This document shows positions 1-12,800 of a DNA stretch of 64,000 bases, piece after piece; the stretch's first letter is position 1, and each line of letters begins with the position of its first letter. The notes under the pieces are model-generated. The model saw nothing but the letters and a program-made list of their open reading frames with translations, was not told where the DNA came from and did no database searches. Source of the stretch: Lytechinus pictus (lineage: Eukaryota); assembly GCF_037042905.1 (NCBI RefSeq), contig NC_087250.1, forward strand, positions 26,848,001-26,912,000, read 5' to 3'. Position numbers and translations under genes: made by a program.

Positions 1-1179
1 TTTAAATGCCACATCAAAATTATGTTAGTAAAAAGATGTAAACGAAGTAGGTTATTTGGAGCAGTCTTTCCTCTTTTTATACCAAAATCATTAAATTTGG
101 ACGACGCCCAACACTAAACAGGATCAGGCAAGATTTCCATATGCACCCCCCACTAAAATTGAAAATAAAAACATGGAGAAGATTCAAAATAATATCTCTG
201 ACCTAATATACAACATATATAATGGGGGAGTGGAAATACATACCAAAATATGGCTTTATTCTGTCAAATTTCGCGCAGGATCTAGTGCGTGTAATTGTCC
301 AGACATCGGTTTATTTTTAGTCAGTAAAGGGTCTATGAGTGACTGTGAGTTAAGACTACATGTAGTCGAACTATCAGCTGATAATTGTTAAAATACCCCT
401 TCCGGTATCAGCGCTTTTCGCTAGCATAGCGGGAAGAGGTCTTGACTGCAGATAAAACGAGGTGAGTTCGAGTCCCAACTAAGTTTTGTAAGTAAGGTAT
501 CTTCATGTATAAAGCAACAGTAAAAAAATAATAGAAAAATCTGAAGTGAACAAACTTTAAGTCTCGACAATCTTTTGTTAGTTTTGGTGGGGGGTGCATA
601 GATAACTCTTTCCCAGGATCATATGTCAGAAATGCATTGAACTTTGATTTTTCCCTCAAAACCATGACAATTTTTGGCTGTGTGAATGCGGTGAAAAGGG
701 CGATTTTTTTTGCTCTGTGACGTGTGCAGTCACCCTACCATGACTACTAACTACTACTACTAGTACTACTAGTAGTACTACAGCCTGTAATACCAGTGGG
801 AAGATCTCAATTTTCTTCTGACCACCACCTCTAAATTCAATCTAATGGCTGCTCGATCTAGTATTGTATTTCTAATTTCTAATAATAAAGTTAACGACAG
901 AACATTGACTTTTGTCTTTAATTAAATTAAGTTGAAAGTTTATGGCAATATGGGACGGTCTACGAGTACAACTACGGTACGGCCGGGTCTGGTTTTCAAA
1001 TTACACTTGCGTTAAGTTGCATGCGGCCTTGCGGGTAACAACACTACTTTAGTCTAGACTTAATTCATGTTATTTCTTGAATACTGTATCACGAAAACGT
1101 GTGGGGTTTAGCCGAAGTGCGTGCATTAAAAATCGCACGCATCAATGAGGGAGATGACTTATCACACAGCTCACCTTAT

Positions 1180-1480
1180 TCACACACACAGCTCACGTCA
1201 CCCGACGTCTCTGTAACTTTCAGTACACGAACGTGCCGCAAGCATACACTACCGACTTCCGGGAATAAAATAAGTCCCTAATTCAATCACCAACATTCAT
1301 CAAACGCTTAATAGAACATAAATTACGTCTTATTTACCTCAAATGTCCTTAAGCGAAACATTGTGACGACGATGGACAAGAGTCGAATGCAGAAAAAGTA
1401 ACGTTTGACACTTTCTTTTCATTCATCGAGCACGGGAAGTAAATTATACGCGCGCGGTGAGTGAAACCGCAGTACAAAGC
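1180..1480 (-). promoter_or_regulatory. Possible promoter or non-coding first exon of a divergent gene running off the left edge
   Basis: CpG-enriched island, ETS-like acttccgg / cgggaagt, CRE-like cacgtca, minus-strand donor GAG|gtaaat near 1336; no coding support. Confidence 0.3.
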
Positions 1481-2683
1481 ATAATATTTGAGCGATTAAA
1501 AATAAAGTTCTCATTGAAGCTGAGATATTTTGCATTATTTCCTGAATTAAAGTAGATTATGTGAGTTTATATTCATAATAAAAATAACAACTTAACTTAT
1601 ATTTTTTATTGTTGGAGCAAAGAAACAAATTTTCATGAAATCTTTAAAAAGTACATGAATACATATCAGCTTTGAAGTGAATTGTCATGGGCGTGGTGAC
1701 GTTATCAACAGGCTCGTTCCAAAATTATTGGTAAAATGTAAGTCCCACATGTTGAGAATTGTGTATTTAATTGATAAGAAATTCATTATTAGGATTTTTT
1801 CGCAATTATTTTATGCTAAAAAGTTTACAAATTGTCTACATTCTGAAGCATGAAGTAAGGATATTTTGCAAATAAGCTCCGATATTTGTAATTTTGAGCG
1901 TTTGATTAAATCCGATTCATGGCGGGAATTCCCCCTCAAAGACGACGCAGGCGCAGGTACAGGTGTACGTATATGTGCACTTCCCAAGTATGTGAAAGAG
2001 AGGGGAACAAGGCCAAAGCTCCTTCAACTTCAAGTTTGCCTTGGGATAGATATGGAAGGAGTGGAATGAGGAAGGGGAATGGCATCGGTGGCACCGCGAG
2101 AGGACGGACGTGAGGGTTATCCCCCCTTCCGTCAGGAGCACTTCCCCTCCCACAGAAATTCTGAAAACTGAAATGTAAATCCGCCTCTGATGCACCCCCC
2201 ACACACTACCACATAAAAATGTAGTGGGAAATATAGACACTATTGCCTATTATTTGTATTTGCCCTCTATTTTCGAAATCCCACTGCCGCCACTGGGAAG
2301 AAAGAGTAGGGGAAAAAGACTGTCCTTATATACGTGTAACTCTCTCTCTGATGAGAAGTAATGGAGGAAATGCAAATTCAATCGATCATTGCTGTTTTTG
2401 TTTGTTTGTTGCTTATTTTCTTTTCTTCTTCTTCTTTCTTCCTTAATTGATTTATTGTCTCACTATAGAACGCCGGAACACTTTAAAAGCACGAGCTCTA
2501 ATTCGTACATTTCTTGTAGGCCTACTTACCTGAAGATAATTTTGTTCAAGTTGGCCAGCCGCTGAGGTGCATGGCATATAAACAATGCGAACCTTTTATA
2601 TATAGCGGTGCATGGCATATAATTTAAGCTACGCATAATTTAAGCTACGCATACCATTGTTCTCTTCATCCATTTCTTTCACA

Positions 2684-2721
<38 letters not shown>

Positions 2722-2870
2722 TGTGAAAGAAATGGATGAAGAGAACAATGGTATATATATATAATATATTGTGAAAGAAATGGATGAAGAGAACAATGGT
2801 ATGCGTAGCTTAAATTAAGGTTCCCCAGAGCTATCTGCCCTTTTGGAAAAATTGGCAATGCCGAAAAAAT

Positions 2871-2943
2871 GTATCTGCCGGGAATCGAACCCGGGCCCCC
2901 AGCTTTGAACGCCGGTGCCTTAACCACTATAGACCACCGGCAT
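2871..2943 (-). pseudogene. tRNA-like sequence (SINE head or tRNA pseudogene) with TCA in the anticodon position
   Basis: A box TGGTCTATAGTGG, anticodon arm CCGGC-GTTCAAA-GCTGG, T arm CCGGG-TTCGATT-CCCGG; acceptor stem does not pair. Confidence 0.65.
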
Positions 2944-3039
2944 GCAGAGACGGGTCAGTGGCTAGGGCGACCCCGATCCGATTGAACGTCAAATAGACAG
3001 ATTTTCGACACCATACCAATTATAATTTCCTTTGTTGGG

Positions 3040-3079
<40 letters not shown>

Positions 3080-3116
3080 CCTACATTTATGTTCAGCCCC
3101 ATTTTCAAAACTATAT

Positions 3117-3675
3117 AAAGGACAAGTCCAACCCAACAAAATGCAACTAAAAGATGATTTGAATAAAAAAGAAAAAAATAATCCAACCAGCATAAAACCG
3201 AAAATTTCATCAAAATCAGATGTAAATGAGAAAATTGTGACGTTTTCAACTTTTGCTAAAGTTTCGCAACACAGTGATAGTATGCAAATAAAGGGACTGA
3301 TGATGTCACCCGCTCACGATTTTTTTTTTCATTGTTTGAAATATTCTTCTCCTTTATAATTCTCCTGTGAAACACACCCTGAACATTTACAATTATATGA
3401 CTCAGCCAAGATGGTAATTAATTATTGTAAAATCTCTAAAAAAATGAAATATTGTACGATTCAAACAATATAAACGAAATAGTGAGGGACATCATCGACT
3501 CACTAATTTGCCTGTCAATGATTTGTGCATAATAACTGTTCTGTGAAAGATAAGCAAAACCTTAAAATGTCTTAAATTTCTTACTTACATCTGATTTTTT
3601 TGTTAAGCGTTATTCTTATTAGATATTTCTCGATTGATTCAAATCGAAAATTTTCTGGGGTGGATTTGACCTTTG
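3117..3675. mobile_element. Kolobok-like MITE, diverged copy
   Basis: Ends aaggacaagtcca / tggatttgacctt; internally similar to 25929-26533. Confidence 0.7.
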
Positions 3676-5539
3676 AATAAAATGCGTATAAGAAAATAAT
3701 GGAAACTCGAATAGCGAACAGAAAAATTTGTGCACATTAATTTGATAATGGGTTATTGCAAGCCCATAATACTCTTGTTATTTCTTTTAATAGGCAACAT
3801 TGCGAAATCGCATTTTTTTAAACCTTTATATCAGTACTTCTGACCTGAAACTTATCCCTTTTTTCAATTATTCCCCTCTCCTTATATTTTATTCGATTCT
3901 ATTACTCCTCCGATCTTACGTTCTTCTTAATTTCTCTATTATTTACCTCGGTACCTCATTGCGCTGCCAGTAGGGCAAGGCACCGTTGCCCGCTTCATTA
4001 CCCGATCACCGAATCAGCCTATGCCCCCCCCCCCCCACGGCATATTGGGAATTTGTGTAAAAATGTGATATGAATTCGCGCTTATGGAGAATTGAAAAAT
4101 AATCTTGGGTATTAAACAAACTTAAATTCACTGAGGACTATCATGGCTTATGAAACTAATAATTGATTTACTAAGTAAGCCTATATATAGGCCTACACAA
4201 ACAATAAAAAAGCCATTCCTATATTTCAAATAAATTTAGATCGGAGAAACTGAAAAATGAAAGGGTTTACAAAATATATATGATGGTTCAAGGTACGAAA
4301 ATTTTTCAGTTATGAAATTGACACATTCAGACAATCGGTGTAATAACAGACTATCGGTGTAATAACAGACTAAATTGGGCGTTTAGGCAATCAATAGTTA
4401 GAGGGTGGGTTAAAGGGGAGGGGGGCATTTTCACAATGGGATATTTTTTTACCGTAATTTAGTTTTAGTCTTTGCATTTTTTCTTGTAATGCACTCGATT
4501 AAGTATTGTGTATTTACAGTGTATATTATTTTTTATAATATGTATTTACGTTGCAATTAAAGGACCCCATGGAAGAATAGCGGCATTATGTTAATACCGC
4601 TGAAATGGGCGATCCTCCATATTTTATTTGACGATTTTCTTTTTCTTTTTGTAATTTGATCATGTATATATATTTTGTTTTATATGGAAATAAATACAGA
4701 CAAGAAAAGTGCCTTGAATTAGTCGTTGTCATGATGAACACGATGTATATCTAATTTTTAAAAAAATGCGAGCTCGAAGCGCGGGCTTAAATTTTTGTAC
4801 AATGAAATTATGAAAAAGAGACATCTTCCATGTCTTCAGTTGTAAGCTGAAAATGTATTTATTGATCTGTTAATGACGGTTTCCAGTGACTCATAAAAAT
4901 GATATTGTCACCAGTCATAATAATGCGAACGCAAAGTGCGAGCAGTATAATAAACTTTGAGCACTTTTTGTCAAAATGAACATAATTATGCTATCTAACC
5001 AAACAATAAAGTGCAAGCTTAAGATTTTCATTTTCAGACTGAAAAACTTTGCTTCTCGTGGTTATTAAGATGATACTAAACTATATTTAGCGCGAGCTGA
5101 AAATTTTAGATTTCCCGAATTTTAAACCCGAAATTTTTTGCACTTTATGAAAAGAATAGGTATAATAGGGCCTATCTATACGAACTGAAAATTTAAAAGT
5201 TTTTGACTTTTAATCTGGAAATTGTTAGCATTTTTTTACCATGTACAGAATAGATGAACAGAACTGATGCGAGCAAGAAACGTGAGTTTTAATTTTTCAT
5301 TTTCCGACGAGAAAACTGGAAATGTACTTTTTGTAATAATTAGAAGTATAATTTATGAAGAGCTCACTTGCAAAAGGGGTTCATCATCATCATCATCATG
5401 TTACGAGGTGAGGTAATCCTGTTGACCTCGATCTCTTCATCTGAAATTGCAGTCCATCTCCATACGATGTGTTATTACATAAGAACAAAAACTTGCACAC
5501 GTGGAGGGTAGAGACGGTTTTGATCATTGGAGATTGAAA

Positions 5540-6345
5540 CGCTCAGACCATTTTTCAGGTCCATTTTTCATCAAATTTGATATTTTGTCTCAATGTATAG
5601 ATTTTTAGTAGCTCTATAAGATGATACCAAAGAAGAGTTGAAATTCTCATTAAAAAGTGATCTAAAATGGCAAAGAAAAATCACTTTTTTTTCAAAAAGG
5701 GGTTAGGTCCATTTCAGTTTGGCTGCAAAAGGGGTTAGGTCCACACAGTATTTTTTGGAAAAGAATATTTTAAAAATATGAAGACAGGTAGATTTTTTTT
5801 ATACCCAATGTTATGTTCTCATGGTAGGGTATCATGAAAATTTAGTTTCGCATAAGAATATTGCAATATGGGAGAATAAAAAAAACTTGATTTTCTTGGA
5901 GTGGACCTAACCCCTTTTGAAAACAATTTATTTTGAAAAGCTAATTTTTCAAAAGGGGTTAGGTCCATTGTTCATAATTTTTTATTGTTTTCTGTCTCAA
6001 ATCATCTAAATTTTTAGTCATTCTGATGAAAACAACGAAAATTTGAAATTCACATGAAAACGTGAATAAAAGTGGCAAAGAAAAATCACTTTTTTAATCA
6101 AAATAGATTGGATTCATTTCAGTTTAGTTGCAAAAGGGGTTAGGTCCACGATGATAATTTTTAAAAGAATATATAGAAAAAAATTGAAGACAGGTAGATT
6201 TATTTTATACCCAAGTTTATGTTCACATGTAGGGCAGTACATCATGACAATTTAGTTTCTCATAAGAGTATTGCAGTAAGTGAAAATAAAAAAACGTGGT
6301 TTTTATCGGAATGGTAAAAAGTGGACCTAACCCCTTTTGCAACGA
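5540..6345. repeat. Transposon-like segment with aaaaggggttaggtcc motifs in both orientations and a ~420-bp internal duplication
   Basis: Motif at about 5695, 5727, 5951 and 6132 (+) and 5903 and 6322 (-). Confidence 0.6.
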
Positions 6346-6740
6346 AACTCTTCATACGAGCGGAAAGGGGACGAAATGGCCCTACCCTGATATAAGTCAC
6401 CTTTCTTCTCGTGTGTGTCAGTGTGTATGCGCTCGTTGTGTACAAAAGTCAATGGGAGATGAAAGAAGTCACCGCCGCTGACGAAATGAACGGCAGTGAA
6501 TGGAGTGGTGACTTAAACCAGAATAATGCCGAAAAAAATTATCAGCCATTTTTGGATTACCGCCCCCTTTTACATGACGGGAACTTATTTATGAGCGATA
6601 AAACCAGAGTTATTAGACACTACTCTGGATACACTACCCCCTCCCCCTCCATTTGTGATCAATTGTATCCGGTGGTGGCTTGTTGGCCGGATAACCGGAT
6701 CACGATCAGAAGAAATATCCGTGAACCAATAAAATTCAAG

Positions 6741-6882
6741 ATGGCGTTTTACCACACTGCCTGTTTTGTGATCGCTGTAATGATTATTTGTAATGCCATC
6801 TTATATCCGACAATATTTAGCTCAATTTTCCGGAGTTGGTTTGGGGGAACACCACCAAAGCAAGAAAAAGAACAAATGCCCG
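6741..6882 (+). CDS. RIC3: RIC3 exon 1 (MAFYHTACFVIAVMIICNAILYPTIFSSIFRSWFGG..., signal/TM1)
   Basis: ATG in good context (caagATGG), hydrophobic stretch, donor G|gtaaga at 6883. Confidence 0.85.
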
Positions 6883-9800
6883 GTAAGATCTCTAAGACTG
6901 TGTCAAATACCTTTTTTAAAATTAAGCAAGAACAGATAAATTTTGTCATTTTTGTAGTCTACCGTAGATTGTTCTTCGTCGTGTTCGGATGCAGGGGCTA
7001 CCACTGGCTCCCGGCGGTCGGAGGCTGGCCCTGCGTTTGCGAGCAGCTGTATGCCAATTGCCAGGCATTACGACGGGTCGCGCCCCGCTCAGCTCGGCTA
7101 ACTGGCATGACTGGAGCTTAAACGGCTTGACTAGCCGGGCTATGCCTAGTACAGGGCTAGCTTTTTTTTTTTTACTAATACTAGGCAGGGAAGGGGGGGG
7201 GGGGTTCAAATCAATGAACGAAACTTAGAAAAGAAAGAGCAAAAGAGAGGAGTAAAGAAGTGAAGGAAGAACTTCAAGTTCAAGAAGTGACTGAAAGAAA
7301 AAAAAGAAAGGAGGGGAAAAGAAGGAAGAGGAAAAATATAAGATAGAGAGAAAAAGAACTAAATAATTAATGATGTTAGTGTTACAGAAAAGTCAAGAAG
7401 GAAAGAGCAAAAGAAAGAAGCAGGAAAGGGAAGAAAGAAAGAAAAAGGAAAGAAAGGGGAAATGAAAGAAAGAAGGAAATCAAGTAAAGAAAATGCAAAT
7501 GAAAGAGGTAAAGTACTAAAGAAGGAACAATTTAAGCAAGAAATAAAAGAATTTAAGAAAGGGAGCGAAAAAAAGTAAAGAAAGAAGTGAAGGAAGAAGC
7601 GAAAACCTAAAAAGGACTGAAAGAAAGGGGAACAAACATTAAAGAAAGGTAAAAGAAGAAAGAATTAGAAAAAAGAAGAGGAAGAAAAAAAATAGAGAAA
7701 AAGGAACAAATTAAATTACAGAAGTAAAGAAAGAAGGGAGAAAAATGAGTAAAGAAGAAGGAAAGAAAAGAAGAGAAGGAAGAAAAGCCAAGAAAAACAT
7801 TCATCAGAAAGAAGGGAAGAAAAAGGAGGAAAACAGAAAAAAAGGAATGAAGGAAGAAAGAAAGAAAATAAATAAATAAGAAAGAAGGGAAAAAAGTAAT
7901 TTAAGAATAAAACAAGGCTCGACATTAGCGGTGGCCCAGGGCCACCAGAAATTCACCTCGGGCAACCATTATTGAAAAAATGTTAAGTTTTGGTGGCCCG
8001 AATCGGGCAACCAATAATTTTCAAAGTAGCGCAATTTTTCTCCCGATTTTGCACGCATTTATCAACTTTCTACAGTTCAAATTGCAAGCCAATTCATCAT
8101 GTGCCCTTTTTGTTAATCTACACACAAAGATTGCATAGTCATGGAGGAAAGGAACATTACAAAGCAGTGGAGAATTGTCCAGCTGGCCGCGCCGGCCGTC
8201 TGGCGTGAGCTTTGCATGCATGAAACCACTGCAGCTCGATGTGCGCAAGCAGACTATTCAGACTCGGGGAGCTGCGATACGAAATGTTGCTGCTAAGAAA
8301 TCTTCCACAGAACTTTGAAAATCTACGTCAAAGTCGCATTTTACTATTTTTACACCAATGAAATGCCCTTCTACAGTCCATACGACTAAAATCTGGTGTA
8401 ACCTGATTATTTGCAAGCATTAAAAAGAGGAATTATGACCTCTCTTTTGACTCAAAAAGACCGATTATTTCCAAATGCATTACATAAAACACATAGGTGA
8501 GTACATCACATTCCCATGTGTGCATTTGTATGTATGTTGATACTTGGTTTCTTTCTTGTTTATAAATGACTTCTTAAACCACTCTTGAGGAAGTAAATAC
8601 TTTGGAAGGCATTTCATTGATATGAAATGTGAATTTTTCTAGCATTTTGGCAAATATAGGGAAGGACTTTTCTCACACTGTTTTTTCCAGATATAACTTT
8701 TGCCGTTTTTTTTTTTTAATTTTTTTATTATTTTTATAGTGGTTAAACCATTTATACTCCTTCCCATTGAATTTGCCTGATTAAAGAATATGTATCTACT
8801 GAAAAATTATAACAATTTTCCCAATTTTTTATTAATTTTGTTTTATTCATTTTTCTTTCATTTTCTTCTCTAAATTTTTTCTTTCCTTAATTTTTCCTGT
8901 TCTTTGTTTTTTCATTCTTTTGTTTTATTTCACTTATTTATTTGATTATTTTTGTTTTCTTTTTTTTTTATATACTATTCTAAAAATTATTTTTTGTTTG
9001 TTTCCCCCTTTTATGCATTGTTCTAATTTTGCAGCATATTTTTCTGTGATTTTCTCCTGCTATAATATGCTGGAAAAGAGAAAATAAACTGGATTTGGGG
9101 CCTGCATAATCTCGGTTTTAGGATTCAAAAAGGAAGAAAGGAAAAATCATTGTTTTGTACATCTATTGAGTTTGCTATGCACTATTTATTTACTTTACCA
9201 TTATGAGAGTGTGTCTATACGGAGATTAAAAAAAAAAGTCCACACAACCTGGGAACAATACAATTCTTTTATTCTCTTTCAATCATTTCATATTTACAAT
9301 GATAGATAGAATTTACAATGATAGAAATGATAGATTTACAATAATAGCAGGGCCCGCTGGGAGAACAGTTTTCGGAACTGAAGCGGCTTCCCTGGGTAAA
9401 TATACCTGTATTATTATTATTATTATTATAGAACAATTTATATATTACCACAAATCAATTAGCAAAGTAAAATAACAGCAAACAAGATTTACATACAAGA
9501 TGTACAAAGTGAAAGTAACTTAGTGGTAGTGGCTGCAGAATTAATATTTCAAAAGTTTGTTTTATTAATTTTTAATTAATGTTTTTCTTTATATTTTTCG
9601 GGCCACCAAACTTTACTATCGGGCCACCAAAAAAATTATTTGAAGGTTTTGGTGGCCCGAACGGGCCACCACCAAAAAAAGTTAATGTGGAGCCTTGAAT
9701 AAAAGAATGAAATAAAGAAATAATGGAAGGAATAAGTGGAGAAAGAAGGAATGAAAGGAAAGAAAGAAAGAAGGAAATAGAGATGCAGGAAGAAGAAAAT

Positions 9801-12800
9801 GCAAAAGAAAGAATGAAGGAAGGGAAAAGAAAGGAAATTTTAAAAAGAGGAAAAAGAAAAAAAGAGAGGAAAGAAAGGGGGACTGGAAGGAATAAAGGAA
9901 GGATGAAAAAAACGACAAAAAGGAAATAAATTTATAGATTTTAAAAGATGAAAGAAATAAATAGAGAATACTTCCCTCAAATTTAGTAAAAACTAGATTT
10001 TAATTCGTCATGAGGACGAATTAGGTGGTCTGTCATGATTTTTCGATTTTCATTCAGTGTAGGCTAATGTATGAAATGAATTAGATATGATTTAGATATG
10101 ATTGATAATCTCGATCATAGACATCATGGGAATAAATTTTGACCATTGCTAAATATGATTACCGGGTATTCAGTGATGTGGTGATGACAATCGTGATGAT
10201 TATAATGATATTGCTAATGTTGGTGATTTGTTTCTTGAACCTTCCTGTTATCCCGTATCCAAAATTCATGCTAAGACATCGAATGCTAGACAAATTCTGA
10301 AAGTGATTGTGAGTTTGTGATGCAAGAAATGTGAATGTTTCTTCCTCCTACGGCGGGAAAGACACAGATCATTATTTGATAAGATGTACTGGTACCGTAT
10401 CGTAGTTTGCAATGTACAAGAACAATGTCCTACATAAAAAAACGCAAAGCAAGTGGGCTTGAAATTTTCAGCAAGACCGTACAATTGATTAATAAAACAT
10501 TTCCAACAAAAATTTCTAAAAATTAGGTCCAGAAAAAATTAGCAAAAACTTAAACAAGTCATAACACATTGATGCTGTGGTCGAAAGTGAAATTATTCAC
10601 ACGTTATTTGTAGAGAATTGTCTTCACCACATCATATCAAAATTTGGGAGAAAACTGAACATTAATAACGAAGATACAGTCAAATATGCATAAATACGTT
10701 GACGTATGTTGTGAAAATATGTAAATTTCACTTCTAACGTAATTTTGAGGTAATTACGAAATCTCCAAATGAGATATTGAGTATATCTAAGAGTGAGGAA
10801 AAATTGGGGGTCAACGGACTTCCTGAAGAGCTACAGTGAATTTTATATACATGTAGGCATATTTTTGCCCATTTATGACTTATTTTTGCGAGTTTGCACG
10901 CGCGAGTAATGCAAATTTGAATGTACGCGCATTCCTGTATTATTGGTCGTAAGAGGCTGAATGAGGTATCAAATTAATCAGAAGATAATGGACAATGGAC
11001 AGACATAAAATAAATGATGACTCGAAGATGTATACCGATGGCAGGTGCAAGAACGCGCACGCATACCAGTGCGCGCGCAAATTCTTGAAAAGCTAAAAAT
11101 GACCTGAAACGTACCCAAACTTGACCACGGTCGATTTGGGGCATTTTAAAATTTTGATGCCCGCGTACATGTGCGTCATGACCTCTGATGACATGTCCTG
11201 ATGACCTGTCACCTGAACTTGATATGATGCAAATATGGATGATTTTTTATGATTAGTTGCGATGATATGATCAATCATTTAATTTTACAAAATGGCGCCT
11301 AGATGACGTCAAGATTTGATAGTGTCATTGAAAAGTTTCGTTTCCCATGTCCATAATGATGTCCATACATGACATGAAAATCAAGAAAATGGACATGCCC
11401 GATTTCGAGGTAAAGTGGGACAAAGATTAGGCAATAAAAATAAAGAAAATTCTGACGAATATAAAAGGTGATCTGTCATATTCATGACAGACCACCTAAA
11501 AAGAAGAAATCTTGGAGAAAAGTAAATTTGGGTAAGAAAGCGCTGTAATTTCCCCACAATATATTTGCCACACCGCTAGCATGCTACATGTACATTTCTA
11601 CAGCACAGACTGTATGTACGTATCAAACAATGCAGCCCCTGCACACGCTGATGACAGATATACAATCCCATGTTCTCTCGGTGATGTGGACAACAGGGTA
11701 ATCCCTTTGAGGAGTCCCTGGAGAGGCGGGGGCCCCGTGAATCTTTATACAAAGAGACTTTATTGACTTGCATCTCCATTGACTCCCAACTCCGTGCTCA
11801 GACTGTGTAGATTTGAAATTGGCAACGAGGTTAGAGTAAATTATGATATGTGTAGGGACAGTGATTTTCCGCGATCGCAGAAAACGGACGGAATTCACGG
11901 AATTGGCCTTTTGAAATGGAAAGTAGCTTTTCAAACGGAAAATCACAGAAAACATGTTTTTTCTCAAAATGCACAAAATAGCAACAGAAATTAATCCTAA
12001 ATCCTCAACAAAATACGAATATCAACTGAATAAAACACGATCTCACTTTGCAACAACAATCATGACAATCAAAACATCATAACTACACTCGAGCTCCTCC
12101 ATCACTCGATCGTATCTAAATTAGTTTATACTCACGTCCGCATATAAGGCAGAATACGGCCGTGTGTTGCTGCCCTCTGCGTTCGGTCATGATATAATGA
12201 TCATCACGGTGATTCAACGAATCCAAAATGGCGGATAGGCGGAAGTCGTCGACTGCCCAAAACGATCTCCGAAAAGTCCCCAAATCAGCGATAAAATCCC
12301 ATTTAACCATAAAATAATGCTAATAATATGAAACGTGAGAATGTATTCATGTCGATTATTTTTCTCTAAATAGTTTTTGAGCTTGAATCTCTTCGATTAA
12401 AATGGATTTTAAAGCGATGTTAGTACATTGGTAGATGCAAATTTTGACCAGCGCTAGCATTTTGACATCGCTACTCATTGCGTATTGGTTTTCTATGTAA
12501 ACGGAATTGTCACTTTCATGTACACAAAGTCTATGGGGAAACGGAATTTCCGTTTTCAGACGTGCTGAAACGGAATTTGAGATTTTCTGAAACGGAATAG
12601 GCAATTTTTAGAAACTGAGAATCACTGTCCCTATATGTGGTAGGGACAACATTCCCACAGGTCATGTGCTTACAGTGTAATTATCAGGGTTTGTGCTTCT
12701 TACATGTACCCATTTACTGGGGCAACACTGGTAGCATTGATGGCAATAACAACTCTTTGTTGTATCTATTATTATACAGTGGGTGTTTTAGAAAGCTATT

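Noticed and set aside
1866..2250. GC-richer island with overlapping ORFs
   Set aside because: No recognisable motif or splice structure; cannot be classified from sequence alone
2871..2943. Functional tRNA-Sec or opal suppressor
   Set aside because: No paired acceptor stem and no long variable arm
6411..7121. 236-aa single ORF
   Set aside because: Only 6741-6882 matches RIC-3 architecture and ends at a donor; the flanks have no recognisable protein features
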